A DNA stretch of 64,000 nt from Scenedesmus sp. PABB004 (GCA_014905635.1 JABVCE010000018.1:186001-250000); one strand, 5' to 3'. Positions 33,461 to 46,047 are shown, counted from the stretch's first letter. The notes: a model not told the origin generated them from the sequence alone. A program made the numbers and translations.

Positions 33461-35356
33461 TCACGCCTGCAGCGCGTGGCCCCACTCCTCTGCGCGCGCG
33501 TCCAGCGCCAGCAGCTGGTACAGCCACGACGCGACGTGGTCGCTCTCGCCGCGCCGCTGGTGCGCGAGCACCATCGTGCGCGCCAGGTTGACCCACACGG
33601 CCAGGGCGGCCGCGCCGCCGCCGCCGTCGCGCCCCACCGCTGCGAGCCGCGCCCCGCCGCCGCTGTCGCCGACCTGCTGCTGCTGCTCTTGTTGCTGCAG
33701 CAGCGCCGCGAGTGAGGGGTAGCGCTGTGCCGCCGCCGCGGCGTCCAGCAGCTTTCCGCCCCGCTGCGAGACATCCAGCAGCGCTGCAGGCGGCGGCGGC
33801 GGCGGGCGGGCAGGTGGGCCGGCGGTGAGTGTGGCTGGCAGCTGGGCGCGAAAAGGTGGCGGCGGTGGTCAGGGACAGCCCCACACGCGCGCGCACTTGC
33901 GTCCTCCGTCGCCCAGCCCGCGCCGGGCGGCGGCAGCAGGCGCAGCAGCCACGTGTCGGGCGCCGGCGCGGACGCGAGCGTGCGGCCGGCCTGCCGCGCC
34001 GCGACCTCGGGCGGCAGCTGCTGCTGCAGCAGTGGGCCTGCCCGGGCGCAACGGCGGGCGGGCGGGCGGGCGGGCGGGCGGGCGGGCGGGCGGGCGAGTG
34101 GGCAGTCAGCTGCGCAGCGTGGCCACGCCGCTCGCCGCGTCGCCGCCGCTGCGTCGCTGCCGCGCTCTGCTTGCGTCGTCGCCGCCGCACCCGAGGCCGT
34201 GCCCGGCATCTTGGTGTCGCCCGCGTGCAGCAGCGCCATCGGCACGCCCAGGCGCCGGCCGACGGCGCCCGCCGCGAGCGCGAGCGCGAGCGGGGCGCCC
34301 TTTCGGCTGGCCAGCACGGCAGGGAGCAGCAGCGGCGAGAGCCCATCGTACACCCACTCAAAGGGCTCGCACCGCAGCCGCCCCGGGCCCGCAAACAGGA
34401 CCTGCGCGCGCGGGCGCGGCCACGACAGCGCGCGAAGCATGGCGGCGGTTGGGCGCCGCCGCTGCGGTTGCGGCGGGGCCGGCGCGCCCGCCCGCCCTCG
34501 CAGCCGCCGCACCTCGTGCATCGCCCGCAGCTGCAGCAGGCGCCGCGCCGCGTCCGGCTCGCCGGCCTCGAACGCGCCCGGCGCCGCAGCGCGCACCGCC
34601 GCTGCGAGCTCGTCCAGCCGCTGCTGCGCGTCCGCAATCTGCGCCTGCGCAGCGGGGCGGGGGGCGGGCGCGGGCACGGGCGCTTGAGGAGCAGCGTCAT
34701 GCCGCCGCGCGCGGGCGCGCGCGGCGGGCCGCCGCCCGCGCGCCCACCTCGCGGCGCTGCTGCAGCTCCTGCACCTCCTCCTCCATCAGCAGCTGCGCCT
34801 CCGCCTGCTGCGTGGCGAGGCGCTGCAGCAGCCAGGCGGCGTCCTCGGCGGCCGCGAGCGCGTCCGCGGGCGACAGCGGGCCGGCCGCGCACCAGCGCGC
34901 CTGCAGCTCCTGCCACTGCCGCAGCGCCTGCGGCGCCGCCGCCGCGGGCGCGGGTGCGGTGCGCGGTGAGCCCCGACGCTGGGCCACGCGGCCGCGCCCG
35001 CGGCAGCCGCGCCTGGCCCGCGCCCGGCGCCGTGCCTGGCGCGTGCCGTCCTCGGACGCCGCCAGCACCGCTAGCTGCTTTGGCAGCATGCGCAGCGCAA
35101 AGAACGCGTCTGCGGGGCGCCGCCGGCGCTCCGCGGTGTGAGCACGCGCGGCCGCCTAGACAGCGCCGTGCGCCGGCCACGCACCGTTGAGGCCGCCGCC
35201 GCCGCCGCGCCGGAACGCCGCCGCCAGGCCTGCCGCGGGGCACAACAGCGGTGGCAGCGACGACAGCCCCACCGCGCCGGTGACGGGCAGGCCGTCCCTG
35301 ACGGCGCTGCGGAGCGCGCGCAGCAGCTGCCGAAACACCGTCCGCTCCACGCCCAT
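33461..35356 (-). CDS. SirB1/transglutaminase-like core (Transglut_core2) protein
   Basis: EVLF..RLRCEPFEWVYDGLSPLLLPAVLASRKGAPLALALAAGAVGRRLGVP matches the SirB1-N pattern. Helical C-terminus VWVNLARTMVLAHQRRGESDHVASWLYQLLAL. Confidence 0.72.
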
Positions 35357-35654
35357 CGCGGCGGCGCGGCGCGCGCAGGCGCGAGTGCGCGTTCGTAGCG
35401 GCGGTGAATGTGCGCTGAGCGGTCGCAGGGGCACGTACGCAGGCTCGTTAGCGAGCGCGGTTCAACGGCAGGTGACGCTGCTGCCGCCGATGCTGCCGGC
35501 CGCACGGCGGCTCTGCTGCGGCTCTGCGCCGCACGACGCATCCCCCAGCGCGCTACCTCCCATCGCGCTCACCGCCGCCCGTCGGCAGGCCAGCAGCGCA
35601 CGCCCGGCTGCGCGGCAGCGCGCCGCCGTCCCGTGCGGCCGGCAGGGGCGCCGC

Positions 35655-35683
35655 AGCACCAGCAGCAGCACCACCACCACCAT

Positions 35684-35730
<47 letters not shown>

Positions 35731-35836
35731 CACCACCACCACCACCACCACCACCACCAGCACCACCAGCACCACCACCACCACCAGCAGCACCACCACC
35801 ACCAGCAGCAGCAGCACCACCACCAGCAGCAGCAGC
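35655..35836. repeat. (CAG)n/(CAC)n trinucleotide microsatellite block
   Basis: Contiguous cag and cac runs seen directly. Confidence 0.9.
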
Positions 35837-35840
35837 GGGC

Positions 35841-36443
35841 ATGCAGGCACTGCATCAGCGCAGTGCAAGCGCGGCGTCGCCGCCTGCCGGGCCGCAGCGC
35901 CGGCGCCGGCCCGCCGCGCCGTCGGCGTTCAGGCTGCTGCCGGCGGGCGGCGGCGCGGCGCTGGAGTTCAGCGGCCAGGACAAGCTCCTGGTCGGCAGCG
36001 GGCCGGGCGCGGGGCTGCAGCTCGCGGGCCTGGCGGCAGAGCACGCCGAGGTGAGCCAGAAGGGCAAGCAGGTGTACGTCAAGGCGCTGGTCGGCGGAGA
36101 GTCCGTCTTTGACTCGACCTGCACCTGGATCGACGGCGTCGAGGCGCGGCCCCACGTGGGCTACGTCGTCGCGAGCGGCGCGGCGCTCGCGTTCGGCGGC
36201 GAGCGGGGGCCAGGCGAGCTCGCGTTCACGGTCGAGTTTGATCAGCCGAGCGGCGCCAACCCGCTGGTGGAGATGATGATGCAGGCGCGGCGCGGCGCGG
36301 CGCGGCGGGGGCCCGCGCGCGCGCACGCCTGGCCCGGCGCCTGCTCTGCCCGCTGGCGCCAGGCGGGCTGACCGCGCCCGCGCCGCCCGCAGGGCCTGGC
36401 GGCGTCGGCGGACCTGGCGGTGCGGAAGGAGCTGTCGACGTGA
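35841..36443 (+). CDS. FHA-like domain protein, probably organelle-targeted (alternative start 35490)
   Basis: LLVGSGPGAGLQL..LAAEHAEVSQ..VYVKAL..TWIDG..LAFG follows the FHA strand pattern but lacks the canonical GR/SR residues. GC-AG intron at 36285-36392. Confidence 0.65.
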
Positions 36444-36759
36444 GCGGCACACGGCGGCGGGGGCGCTGATTCTTTTCCCTCGCGGCGCCGCACAGGCAGC
36501 GCCGTGGTAAGGCCGTCAACGGCCGCCCGTCCCCAACGCTACTCGCCTGCCAGGCACTAAACAAACACAATCAATCAATGACGCCGCAGCGACCCACGCA
36601 GCAGCCACGCGCGGGTTGTGTGGTGGCCAGCAGCGCGGCTGCGCCGCTCGACTGCGTGCGTTGCCGCCCGCCGCCGGATTCGCTTGGCTCTCTCGGCAAG
36701 CCAGTGCTCCCCCAGGGATGGCAGTGCGGCACGCTCGTGCGTTGCCCAGCCGCGGCCGC

Positions 36760-38172
36760 TCAGGCCACGCCGCGCCCCGGCGCCGCCACGGGGCGCGCGC
36801 CGCCGAAGAGGTCGCCATGGCTCGCAGCACTGTAGGTGCGGCCCTGGTCCGGCAGCGCCGCCGCGCCCGCGTCGCCGCCGCAGCGCCGCGCGCCGTGCGG
36901 CGGCGCCGCCTTGGGCAGCGGCGGGCCGCCGCCGCCGCCGATGTCGACCGCCGCGTCCGCGCCGCCCAGGCCCCACGCGCCGCGCGCGGCCGCCGCGGCG
37001 TCGCGGCGCGCGTGGACGTGCGCGGCGGTTGTGAAGACGAGCAGGCAGCTGGCCGCGAGCCACAGCAGCGCGAGGCCCAGCAGCGCGGGCAGCATGGCCT
37101 GCCGCGTCGCGGCCAGCCCCGCGCCGACGTCGCGCAGCGCGCTGGTCACGCACACGCAGTTGCTGTCCAGGTTTGCCAGCCCCGCGAGAAGGCCGATCGA
37201 CACGCAGCCCGGCGCGCACGTCGCGTTGGGCGCGCCGGCGCCCGACAGGACTGCGCGCGGGGCGTGCGCGAGGGCGGGCGGGCGGGCGGGCGGGCGGCTG
37301 CGCGTCGGCGCGCGGGGGGGGGGGGGGGGGGGGGGGGGGAGGGGCGGCGGCGCGGCGGCGCCGCCCGCGCGCGGCGCGCGCTGCGCGCTGCGCGCTGCGG
37401 CGGCGGCGCACTGCTCGTGTCGAGGTCCCGCACGCCGCGCCGGAAGTCCTTGAACCACTGCGTGTCTTGCACGCCGGGCGGCGCGGCCGACAGCGCGTCG
37501 AGCTGCGCGCCCTGCACGCCCTTGACCAGGCCCGACGCCGAGTCCACCGCGCGCGCCGCGGCCGCCTCGGCCTGGCTCGAGAGCCTGTGCAGCGCGCGGA
37601 GCGTGAGCATGTGTGTGTGTGTGTGTGGGGGGGGGGGGGGGGAGGGGAGGCTCGGCACAGCATGCGCGGGAGAGGCGGCCGCGCGCGCCCACTCACTGCG
37701 TGGCCTGGCCGATCAGCGCGGCACCCGCCCACGCGCCGAGCAGCCACGCCGTGCTGGCGGCGAGCAGCGCCACGACGGCGAGCGCCGCCAGCCACAGCAG
37801 CGCCGTGCCCGCCGCGCTCAGCGCGGCGAGGCCGCGCAGCGAGCCGCGGGCGCCCCCGGGCGCCGCCGGCGCGCGGCGCCGGCGCGCCGCGTCAAGCGCC
37901 GCGGCGCCCGCCGCCGCGCCGAGCGCCAGCAGCAGCAGCACCAGCGCCGCCACGCGCAGGGCGCCCAGCGCGGCGAGCGCCGTGCCGCCCGCGGCCGCCA
38001 CCGCGGCGCCGAGGCCGCCCACGCCGCCCGCCTCGGCCGCGCCGAGCGCCGCGCGCGTGTGGCGTGCGGCGCGGCCAGAGAAGACGAACCACACCGGCAG
38101 CGCGCCGGCCAGCAGCAGCACCGCGACGAGCGCCGCCCAGGGCGCCGCGGTGCCGCGCCGCCGCGGCGCCAT
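36760..38172 (-). CDS. Multi-pass (about 4 TM) membrane protein with Cys-containing loop
   Basis: Three N-terminal hydrophobic segments, two introns, a loop with CAPGC...CVC and a final TM MLPALLGLALLWLAASCLLVF. Confidence 0.6.
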
Positions 38173-38526
38173 CTCTGGGGGCGCCGCTGCCGCTGCTGCG
38201 AGCGCACAGCGGGCGCGCGGCGGGCTGAGCGGACAACGGGCGTTTGGAGAGGTTGTGTTGGGGCGGTGCGCGGGCGCGGGAGGGTGGGGGCGGTGGCGGA
38301 CAGTTGGGCTGGCGGGCGCTGGCGGGCTGCGCGAGGGCCGGCCCGCAGTCGGTCGCGCCGGTCGGGGGCTGTCCAGACCGCGATGGGGGAGCGGCGCGGC
38401 AGCTCCGGCGGCGCCGGCGGCGCAGGTCGCTGCACAACCGCGGCGGCGGCACTCCGCGCCGGCGCTCCGTTGTGCGTTGGATTACGCGGGAAGAGCTCCG
38501 CCGGCACACGGCACAGCAGCGCCGCG

Positions 38527-38791
38527 TCACTTGCTCTTGCCGCCGCCGCCGGGCGCGGGGCCGCCCTCGAGCCGCGCCTGCGCGTTGAGCAGGCCCGGCG
38601 CGACAAACATGACCTGGCTCCACGCCGCGAGCTCGCCGCCCTCGCTCGCCGACATGCGCATGAGCACCTCCTCGAAACTGCCCACCTGGCGGCGACCCCC
38701 GGCGGCGGTGGCAGCGGCGGCGGCGGCGCTCGGGCTCAGGCCCAGGCTCAGCGAGGCTGCACAGGTGCGGCGCACCTAGCTGCGCGCGCCC

Positions 38792-38823
<32 letters not shown>

Positions 38824-39811
38824 CCCGCCATGGCCCCGCGGCCGCCCCGCCCCGTGCCCCCGCACCTCGATCTTGGGCAGCGGCGCGACTTCGATCGCGC
38901 TGACCTTGCCCAGCGCGTCGTCGCGCTTCGCCTTGACCTTGCCCGCCTTGGCCTCGAGCAGCGCCTTGTCGCGCCCCGCCGCCGCCGCGACCTGCGCGCG
39001 CGGCCGCGCGGTCGTCACGCGGGGCCGGCTCGGCCGCGCCGCGCCGCCGGCGTCCCCCGCCCGCCGCCGCGGCTTGGCGCGCGCAGCACACAGCGCGCGC
39101 CGCCCGCCGCCAGCAGCACGCCCTGTGTGCGTCCCCCCAGACACACACACGCACACACGCGCGCGCGTGCAGCCGCACCTCCTTGAGCGCCGCCTGGTAC
39201 TCGGCCTCGTGCGTGTCGGCGCGCGCGCGCACGGCCGCGATCTGCGCCGCGTTGCGCTGCCGGTACGCGCCGCCGACCGCGACGTCGAGGTCCTCCTTGG
39301 CCAGGAAGAGGGGCACGTATTGCTGCCGGGGTTTAGGGGGTGCGGGTGTGTGTGTGTGTGTGGAAGGTGGAGGGGTGTGTGTGTGGGTGTTGTGAGAGGG
39401 CGGGCGGGGCGGGAGGGGGGGGGGGGGGGAGGGGGCAACACGGTCGTGAGGGGGGGGGGGAGGGGGGATGCAAGGGCGGCGGCGGCGAGCGGCGGCGGCG
39501 CGCGCACCATGTCCTGCGTCGTCACGGTCAGGCCCTCCGCCTGGAACACGGGCACGCCCACAAAGCTCGACGTCGGCACGCCCGCCTCCTTGTACAGCTG
39601 CGCGCGGCGGCGGCGGCGCGCGCCGCAGGCGGCCGTCGGCGCCGGCCCCTGCTCTCCCTCCCACTCCCCGCCGCCGGACGCCCTCGCGCGCTCCCACGCG
39701 CGCCCCCCCCCGCGCCCCCTCCCACGACGCCGCGCCGCGACCGCGCCACTCCCACGCCGCCGCCGCCGCCTCTGCGCACGCACACACACACACACACACA
39801 CACACGCACGC

Positions 39812-39898
<87 letters not shown>

Positions 39899-41031
39899 CC
39901 CACGCACCGTGAGCGCGTGGCCGACCTGGTCCATGTCCGGCATGAATCGAAAGTGGATGCCCGCCAGGCCGGTCGTCTCGCGGGGCGTGGTGAAGACCTC
40001 GTACACGTTGTCCATGCTCACGCGCAGCACCTTGCTGTCGCGCGCGAGGCGGGGGTTCTCCTCCTTGATCTGCGGCGGGGCGTGATCGGGGTTCAGCGCG
40101 CGCGGCGGGGGTTCAGAGGGCGTGGTTCAAGGCGTGACGGGCGCGGCGGCGGGTGCGCGCGTGCACGTGAGTGCGTTCGCGTGAGTGCGTGCGCGTGAGA
40201 GGGCGAGGGGAAGGTGGGAGGAGGAGCGAGAAGGCGAGCAAGCGGGAGGGAGCGAGGGCCAGCGCGGCGGCAGCGGCGGCGCGCCTTTGCGATGATGGCC
40301 TCCGCGTCCTCCTTCTTGAAAAAGAAGAAACCCAGCTGCGTGTTGTTCTGCGGGGAGGGAGGGAGGGAGGGGACGGTGAGGGCATGGGTTCGAGCCGCGC
40401 GGCGGCCGCGCGGTCGCGACGGCGCGGCTGCCGCCGCCCCGCGCCGCGCCGCCGCCGCCGCACCTCGCCCGCGACGAGCACGAACTCGTTTTTGGGGTTG
40501 GCCACGGTGTACACAGGGATGGGCGCGAGCCGCGCCTTGACCTCGTCCTTTGGCATCGCGAGCTCAAAGAGCGGCTGCGCCGACAGCGCGCGCCCCGCGC
40601 CGCCGCCGCCCCCGCCCGCGCTGCTGCCCGCGCCGCCGCCGCCGCCCTGGCCGAAGGATATCGACTGCGGCGGAGCGCGCGCGGGAGGGAGGGCGGGCGG
40701 GGGATCGGGTCCATGCGCGTGCGCGTGCGCGGCGGCAGGAGCAGCGGCACGCCGCGCGGCGCTGCGGCGCGGCGCGGCGCGCCCGCTGCCTCACCGCCAG
40801 CGCCGGCGCCCAGGCGTGCTGCTGCGGCTGCCCGCCGGCGTGGGTCAGCGCCACCGGCCGCGGGCGCCACTGCTGCAGCCCCGCCAGCAGCCCGGACACG
40901 TTGCGCTGCCAGGGCGCGAGCTGCCGCCCCGCCTGCTGCGCCAGGCCCGCCCAGTTGGACGCCGCGGCAGCCGACACGCCCGCCAGCGCGGCCTGCAGGC
41001 CCGCCAGCGGGTGCTGGGAGTCGTGCGCCAT
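38527..41031 (-). CDS. TIC22: Chloroplast intermembrane-space import chaperone Tic22
   Basis: Motifs EVKARLAPIPVYTVANPKNEFVLV, LGFFFFKKEDAEA, VSMDNVY, FRFMPDMDQV, FVGVPVFQAEGL, VPLFLAKEDLD and IEVGSFEEVLMRM. Confidence 0.93.
39781..39895. repeat. (CA)n microsatellite in Tic22 intron
   Basis: Long cacaca run seen directly. Confidence 0.95.
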
Positions 41032-41388
41032 GGCGGCCGGCCCTCCGCGGCCCCGCTGGCCACCGGCTTGCTCGCTGCTGGCCACCTCCGGCGCCGGGAG
41101 CGATCAGGCCTGTCGCGGCCGCCCGCGCGCGATGATCGGTGGCAAGAGCAGCGTGCCCCAGGGCGGCGCCGACAGCGGCAGCAGCAGCGGCGGCAGCGCG
41201 CCGCGTGTGGAGCCGGCTGCTGCGAGCGGTGCGTTGCGGGCGGCGGTCCGTGTGCGTGCGAGGCCTCGGGGGGCTGGCCGCGAGCGCACTCGTTGACCCG
41301 TCGAGCGCGTTTCACAGGCGGCAACCGCGCCGAACCCCGCCCGCGCCAACCTCGCCCGCGCGCACGCCCCGCCCGCTCGTCTGGCGCA

Positions 41389-43180
41389 TCATCCCGCGAG
41401 CAGGCCGCCGTCGTCGTCGTCGTCGTCGTCGTCGGGCGGCGCCTCGTCGTCAAAATAGTAGTCATGGCCGCCGCGGCCGCCGAGCCCGAGCGCGTCCGCC
41501 TCGGCCTGCTCCGCCTCGAGCTCGCCGAGCTGCGCGCTGAGCACGCCGAGCGTCTTGGTGATGGCCCCGGCCAGCCCGCCGCGCCCGGGCGCGCGCGGCC
41601 CCGCCTGCGCCGGCGGCGGGCGCGCCGCGGCGCCCGCGGCGGCGGCGCCGCCCGCCGCCCAGCCCCGCGGCGGCCATGGACTGCTGGCGCTGCTGCAGGA
41701 GGGCCTGCTGCTTCTGGTACTTGTTCCAGCCGCCGCGGCGGCGCAGGAAGCTGCTGATGTACCGGTCGGCGTGCTCCTGCTGCTGCTGCAGCGCCGCCAG
41801 CGCCGCGGCGTCCGCGCCGCCGGGCGCGCCCGGCGTGGGGCGCCGCGCGGCGGCGCCACCGCCCCGCCGCCCGGCGCCGCCGGCCGCGGGGCTCGCCGTC
41901 GTCGCTGCTGCCCTCGCCGGCCTCGCCCTCCCCGTCCTCCTCGCTCCCGTCGCTCGGCAGCGGCGCACGCCGCAGCCCGCCCGCGGCGGCACCGGCCTCC
42001 GGCGCGGCGACGCGCGAGCGCTGCGCCTCCTGCTGCAGCCCGCGCACCAGCTTGCGCGCGGCGGCGAGCGTGGTCTTGCCGCCGGCGCCGCCGCGGACCA
42101 CGGGCGCCGTCTGCGACAGCGCGGCGGGGCGGCAGCCGGGCGCGTGGGCGCGGCCGCGCGGCGAGGCGGCCGCGGCGCAGCCGCCGTGCTCGCTGCCCAG
42201 CCCACAGCCGGCGCGCGGCCCGCGCGCGCCCCGCGGCCGAACGCGCACCGTCTTGCTGCTGCGGGCGAGCTTGGCGCCGGGCGCCGGCGACGCCGCGGCG
42301 TCAAAGATCTTTGCAAAGCACTCGCCCGCGCTGCGGCTGCCCACGCGCGCGGCGACCTCCTGCCAGAAGAAGCGGTGCGTCGGCTCCACCTGGCAGTACG
42401 CGGCCTGTCGGCCGCAGGGGCGGCAGTCGGCCGCGGGGGCGGGACGCGCGGGGCGGGCGGCGCGCGCGAGGTGAGCGGGCCCGGCGGCCGGCGCGGTGTC
42501 GCGCGGCGGCGCAGGGGCAGCGGCGCGCGAGCGGCGCCGCGCGCGCGCCGCGCCGCCGGCCCACCTGCAGCGCCTGCACCTCCTCGTTGCTCCAGCCGTC
42601 GCTCGCGCCGGCCTTCGCTGCGCCGCGCTTGGCCTGCTTGGCCGGCTGCTTGGGCAGCGCCAGCTGCTTGCGCTGCTGCGACTGCGACTGCGACGCCGAG
42701 GCGGCGGGATTCCTGGCCAGCTGCGCGGCGAGCTTTGCAGCCGCTGCGGCGACGGCGACCGACGGCCGCGGGGCGGACGGCGCCGTGCCTGCCGCGGGCG
42801 CGCGGCGCTTGGCTGCGGCCGCAGCGGCGGCGGCGGCGGCGGCGTGCTGCTGCTGCTGCTGCGCCTCCTCCTCCTCATCCTCCTCCTCGTCGTCCTCCTC
42901 CTCGTCGGTGCTGTCTGCGCCGCGCTGCTGCTGGCGCTGGCGCCCTCCGCGGCTGCGCGCCAGCTGCTGCGCCTGCCACGCCGCGTCCTCGCGCTCCTCG
43001 TCCTCGTGGCCCTGCCGCTGGTCCCCCAGCTCCACCTCGTCATCCTCCGGCTCCTCCTGCAGCACCGGCAGCTGCTGCGGCTTGAGCTGCTTCACGCCGC
43101 CGCTCCCCGGTCGCTGCTGCCACGCGTCCGCGCCGCCGGGCGCAGGCGCGGCGCCTGCGGCCTGCGGCGGCGCCGCCTGG

Positions 43181-43216
<36 letters not shown>

Positions 43217-43240
43217 GGGAACCCTGGGTGCTGCTGCCAG

Positions 43241-43276
<36 letters not shown>

Positions 43277-45581
43277 ATCTGCTGCATCTGCTGCGCCTGC
43301 TGCCACTGATGCTGCCCTGGGGGCACGAGCGGCGTCGTGGGCGGCTGGTGCAGCAGCGCCTGCTGCTGCTGCAGCCCCGCCGGCGGGTACTGGTGCAGCT
43401 GGAACAGAAACTGCGGCGCCTGCTGCTCCAGCAGCGCCGGCGGGAGCTGCTGCCCGAACGCCGCCTGCTGCTGGAAGTCGCTTGGCTGGCCGCCGCTGCT
43501 GCGCCGCATGCCGGGCGGCAGCTGCATCACCGGCAGCCCGCACCCGGCCGGCGGCGGTGGCTGGCAGATGCCTTGCCCGGCGAGATCGCCGGCGTGCTGC
43601 TGCTGGGGCGCGAAGAATGAGGCGGGGCCGAGCTGCTGCCCGGCGCCCAGCGACTGCTGCACGAGGCCCTGCGCCCCGAGCACGCCCCAGCCTGGTGCGC
43701 CAAGCTGCTGCTGCTGCTGCTGCTGCTGAGGCGGCGGCGGGAACGCCGCGCCGCTGAGCTGCCCGCCGCCAAAGGCGGCCGGCTGCCACGTGTCCATGCC
43801 GACGGCAGGGTTGCCGCCAGCTGCGCCCGCCCAGGCGTGCGCCTGCTGCTGGGCCTGCGGCGCGGGCAGCAACGGGCCGAAGCCGCCGTCGCCGGCGCCA
43901 GCAGCAAACGCCTGCTGCTGCGCTGCAGCGCCCTGCGGCCAGGGCGCCTGCGCGGCGTCGGGCGCCTCCGGCGGCGGCGAGTCGCTGCGCTTGATGCGAA
44001 TGGTGGCCGGCGGCGGCGGGAGCAGGCTGTTGGGCTGCGCGAGCACGCGTTCCCGCACCGCCTGCAGCTGCACGCCCGTGCTGCCCGACTGCTGCTGCTC
44101 CTGCCCCGCCGCCACCAGGCCGCCGGGCAGGAGGTCCTGCTGCTCGTCGTACGGTTCGTCGTCGCCGTCGGAGTCCAGCGCCGCCAGGGCCGCCGCCTCG
44201 CGGGCGCACCGCGCGTCCGCCGCGCGCCCGCTGCCGTCCGACGGGCCGCCGCCGTCCTCGCCCAGCAGCGCCGCCACGGCCTCCGCGGCGGCCGCCGCCG
44301 GCGCCGCGGCTGCGAGCGGCGCCAGCGGGCGCTTGGCGGCGGCGCCGCCCAGCGAGCGCCGCACAGAGAGCTGCGGCGAGCCCGGGCCCTCGGCCGCGGG
44401 CGCGGCACAGGCCGCGGAGGCCGCCTTGCGCGGCCTGCTGCCCGACGTCCGCGCGCGGCGCACGGGCTGGGCGGCGGCGGGCGGCGCCGCCGGCCCCTGG
44501 GCGGCGCCGGGGCTGCCGCCCGCGGCGGCGGCCGTGTCGTCGCTCAGCCCGCTCCTGCCCTCGTCCTCCTGCGGCTGCTGCTGGCGCGGCGCGGCGCCAG
44601 CCGGGGCCGCGGACGCCCGCCGCACGCGCCGCGCGCCGCCCGCCACCGCCAGCTTGCCCGCCGCGGCAGCTGCGGCCGCGGCCGCGGCCGCGGCCGCCAC
44701 CGCTGCCTTGCTGGGCCGGCCGCGTTTCTTGGGCTGGGGCGCGGCGTCGTCGACACCGCCGGTCGTGGCAGGCGCAGCAGGCGCCGGCCGCGCGCCCGCG
44801 TCGCCGTCGTCGTCGTCGCCGTCGTCGTCGTCGCTGCTGCCGCTGCCACCCTCCTCGACGATCGCCGGCAGCGCGGCCTTGCCCGCCGCGCCCGCGCGGG
44901 CCTTGCCGCCGCCCTGGCGGCCGGCGCGCCACCACCCGGCCGTGACGCCCGGGCGCCGCTGGCCTGCGCGCTCGCGGGCCGGGCGCCGCTCGCCCGGGCA
45001 CCGCTCGCCCGGGCGCCGCTCGCCCGGGCGCCGCTCGCCCGGACGCCGCTCGCCTGGGCGCTCGCGGGCCGGGCGCCGCTCGCCTGCGCGCTCGCGGGCC
45101 GGGCGCCGCTCGCCTGCGCGATCGCGGGCCGGCCGCCGCTCGCCTGCGCGCTCGCGGGCCGGCCGCCGCTCGCCTGCGCGCTCGCGGGCCGGCCGCCGCT
45201 CGCCTGCGCGCTCGCGGGCCGGGCGCAACGCTCCGGCGGGGAGGAGAGCTTGTAAAAGTCCAGCGGCGCCTCCTCGCCGCGGATGCGGCTCACCGCGAGC
45301 TCCGCCGTGCGGCGGCGCGGCCGCGCCGACGGCTCGTCGCCGCTCGCCGGCTGCGAGCTGCGCGGCCGCTTGGCGCTGGCCGCGTCGGCGGCACCGCCGC
45401 CGGCGCGCGCGCGCTTGCCGCTGCTCTCCCACGCGCCGCCGCCGCCGCCGCCCGCGAGCGCCTCTGGGCCCGTGCCGGCGGAGGTCTCGGGTCCGTCGTC
45501 ATCATCTTCAAAGGGCAGCGCAGCTGAAACGGAGCGCGCCCCACGCGCCCGGGCTGAGGGTGGGGCGCCTGCTCGAGACAT
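41389..45581 (-). CDS. SANT/Myb-domain nuclear protein resembling the C-terminal half of M18BP1/KNL2
   Basis: SANT domain GWSNEEVQALQ|AAYCQVEPTHRFFWQEVAARVGSRSAGECFAKIF, then KTTLAAARKLVRGL, HADRYISSF and terminal DYYFDDE. Long low-complexity Gln-rich middle. Apparent frameshifts near 41890 and 41650. Confidence 0.7.
44950..45226. repeat. 30-bp (and 15-bp) tandem repeat array
   Basis: Unit ctcgcgggccggg/ccgccgctcgcctgcgcg is repeated with period 30, with 15-bp gggcgccgctcgccc units inside the array. Confidence 0.92.
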
Positions 45582-46047
45582 CAGGCCCCTGGCGCGTCAG
45601 GCCGGCACGCAGCGCCCCCGCAGCCTTGCTGATGCTGGCTTGGGCGCACTTCCACCGCCACCAGGCGCCCGGGCTCTCCGAAGGGGCGGCGTGGACGCCT
45701 GCGCGCCGCTCAACCGAACGAGCGCGGCGGCGTTGGAGCCCCTGCCAGGGCCAACTCGCGGCAGCGGTCGCGAGCGGGTGTAGCGGTGTGTGCGGGCAGC
45801 GCCGCTGGAGCCGGTGTTGCAGCCACATCCCGGCGGCGGCGCGGCGCTCGTGACGCCGTCGCGAAGAAGTCGGGCGAGCGCCGCCGTCGCGCTGTGTGCT
45901 CGGCGCGGCGCGCTCACGCGGTGGACTCCCCCCTCCCGCGATCGCCGCGCGCAGGCAGTGGATCAGCCCCCGGGGGCTGGCGGGTCGGGCCGGCCGGCGC
46001 AGCGCCGCTGCTCCGCCAGCAAGGTCGCGGCGGGCCCGCTGCCGGCC

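Noticed and set aside
44950..45226. 30-bp repeats as a CRISPR array
   Set aside because: No unique spacers, no cas genes and a eukaryotic context. It is a tandem minisatellite.
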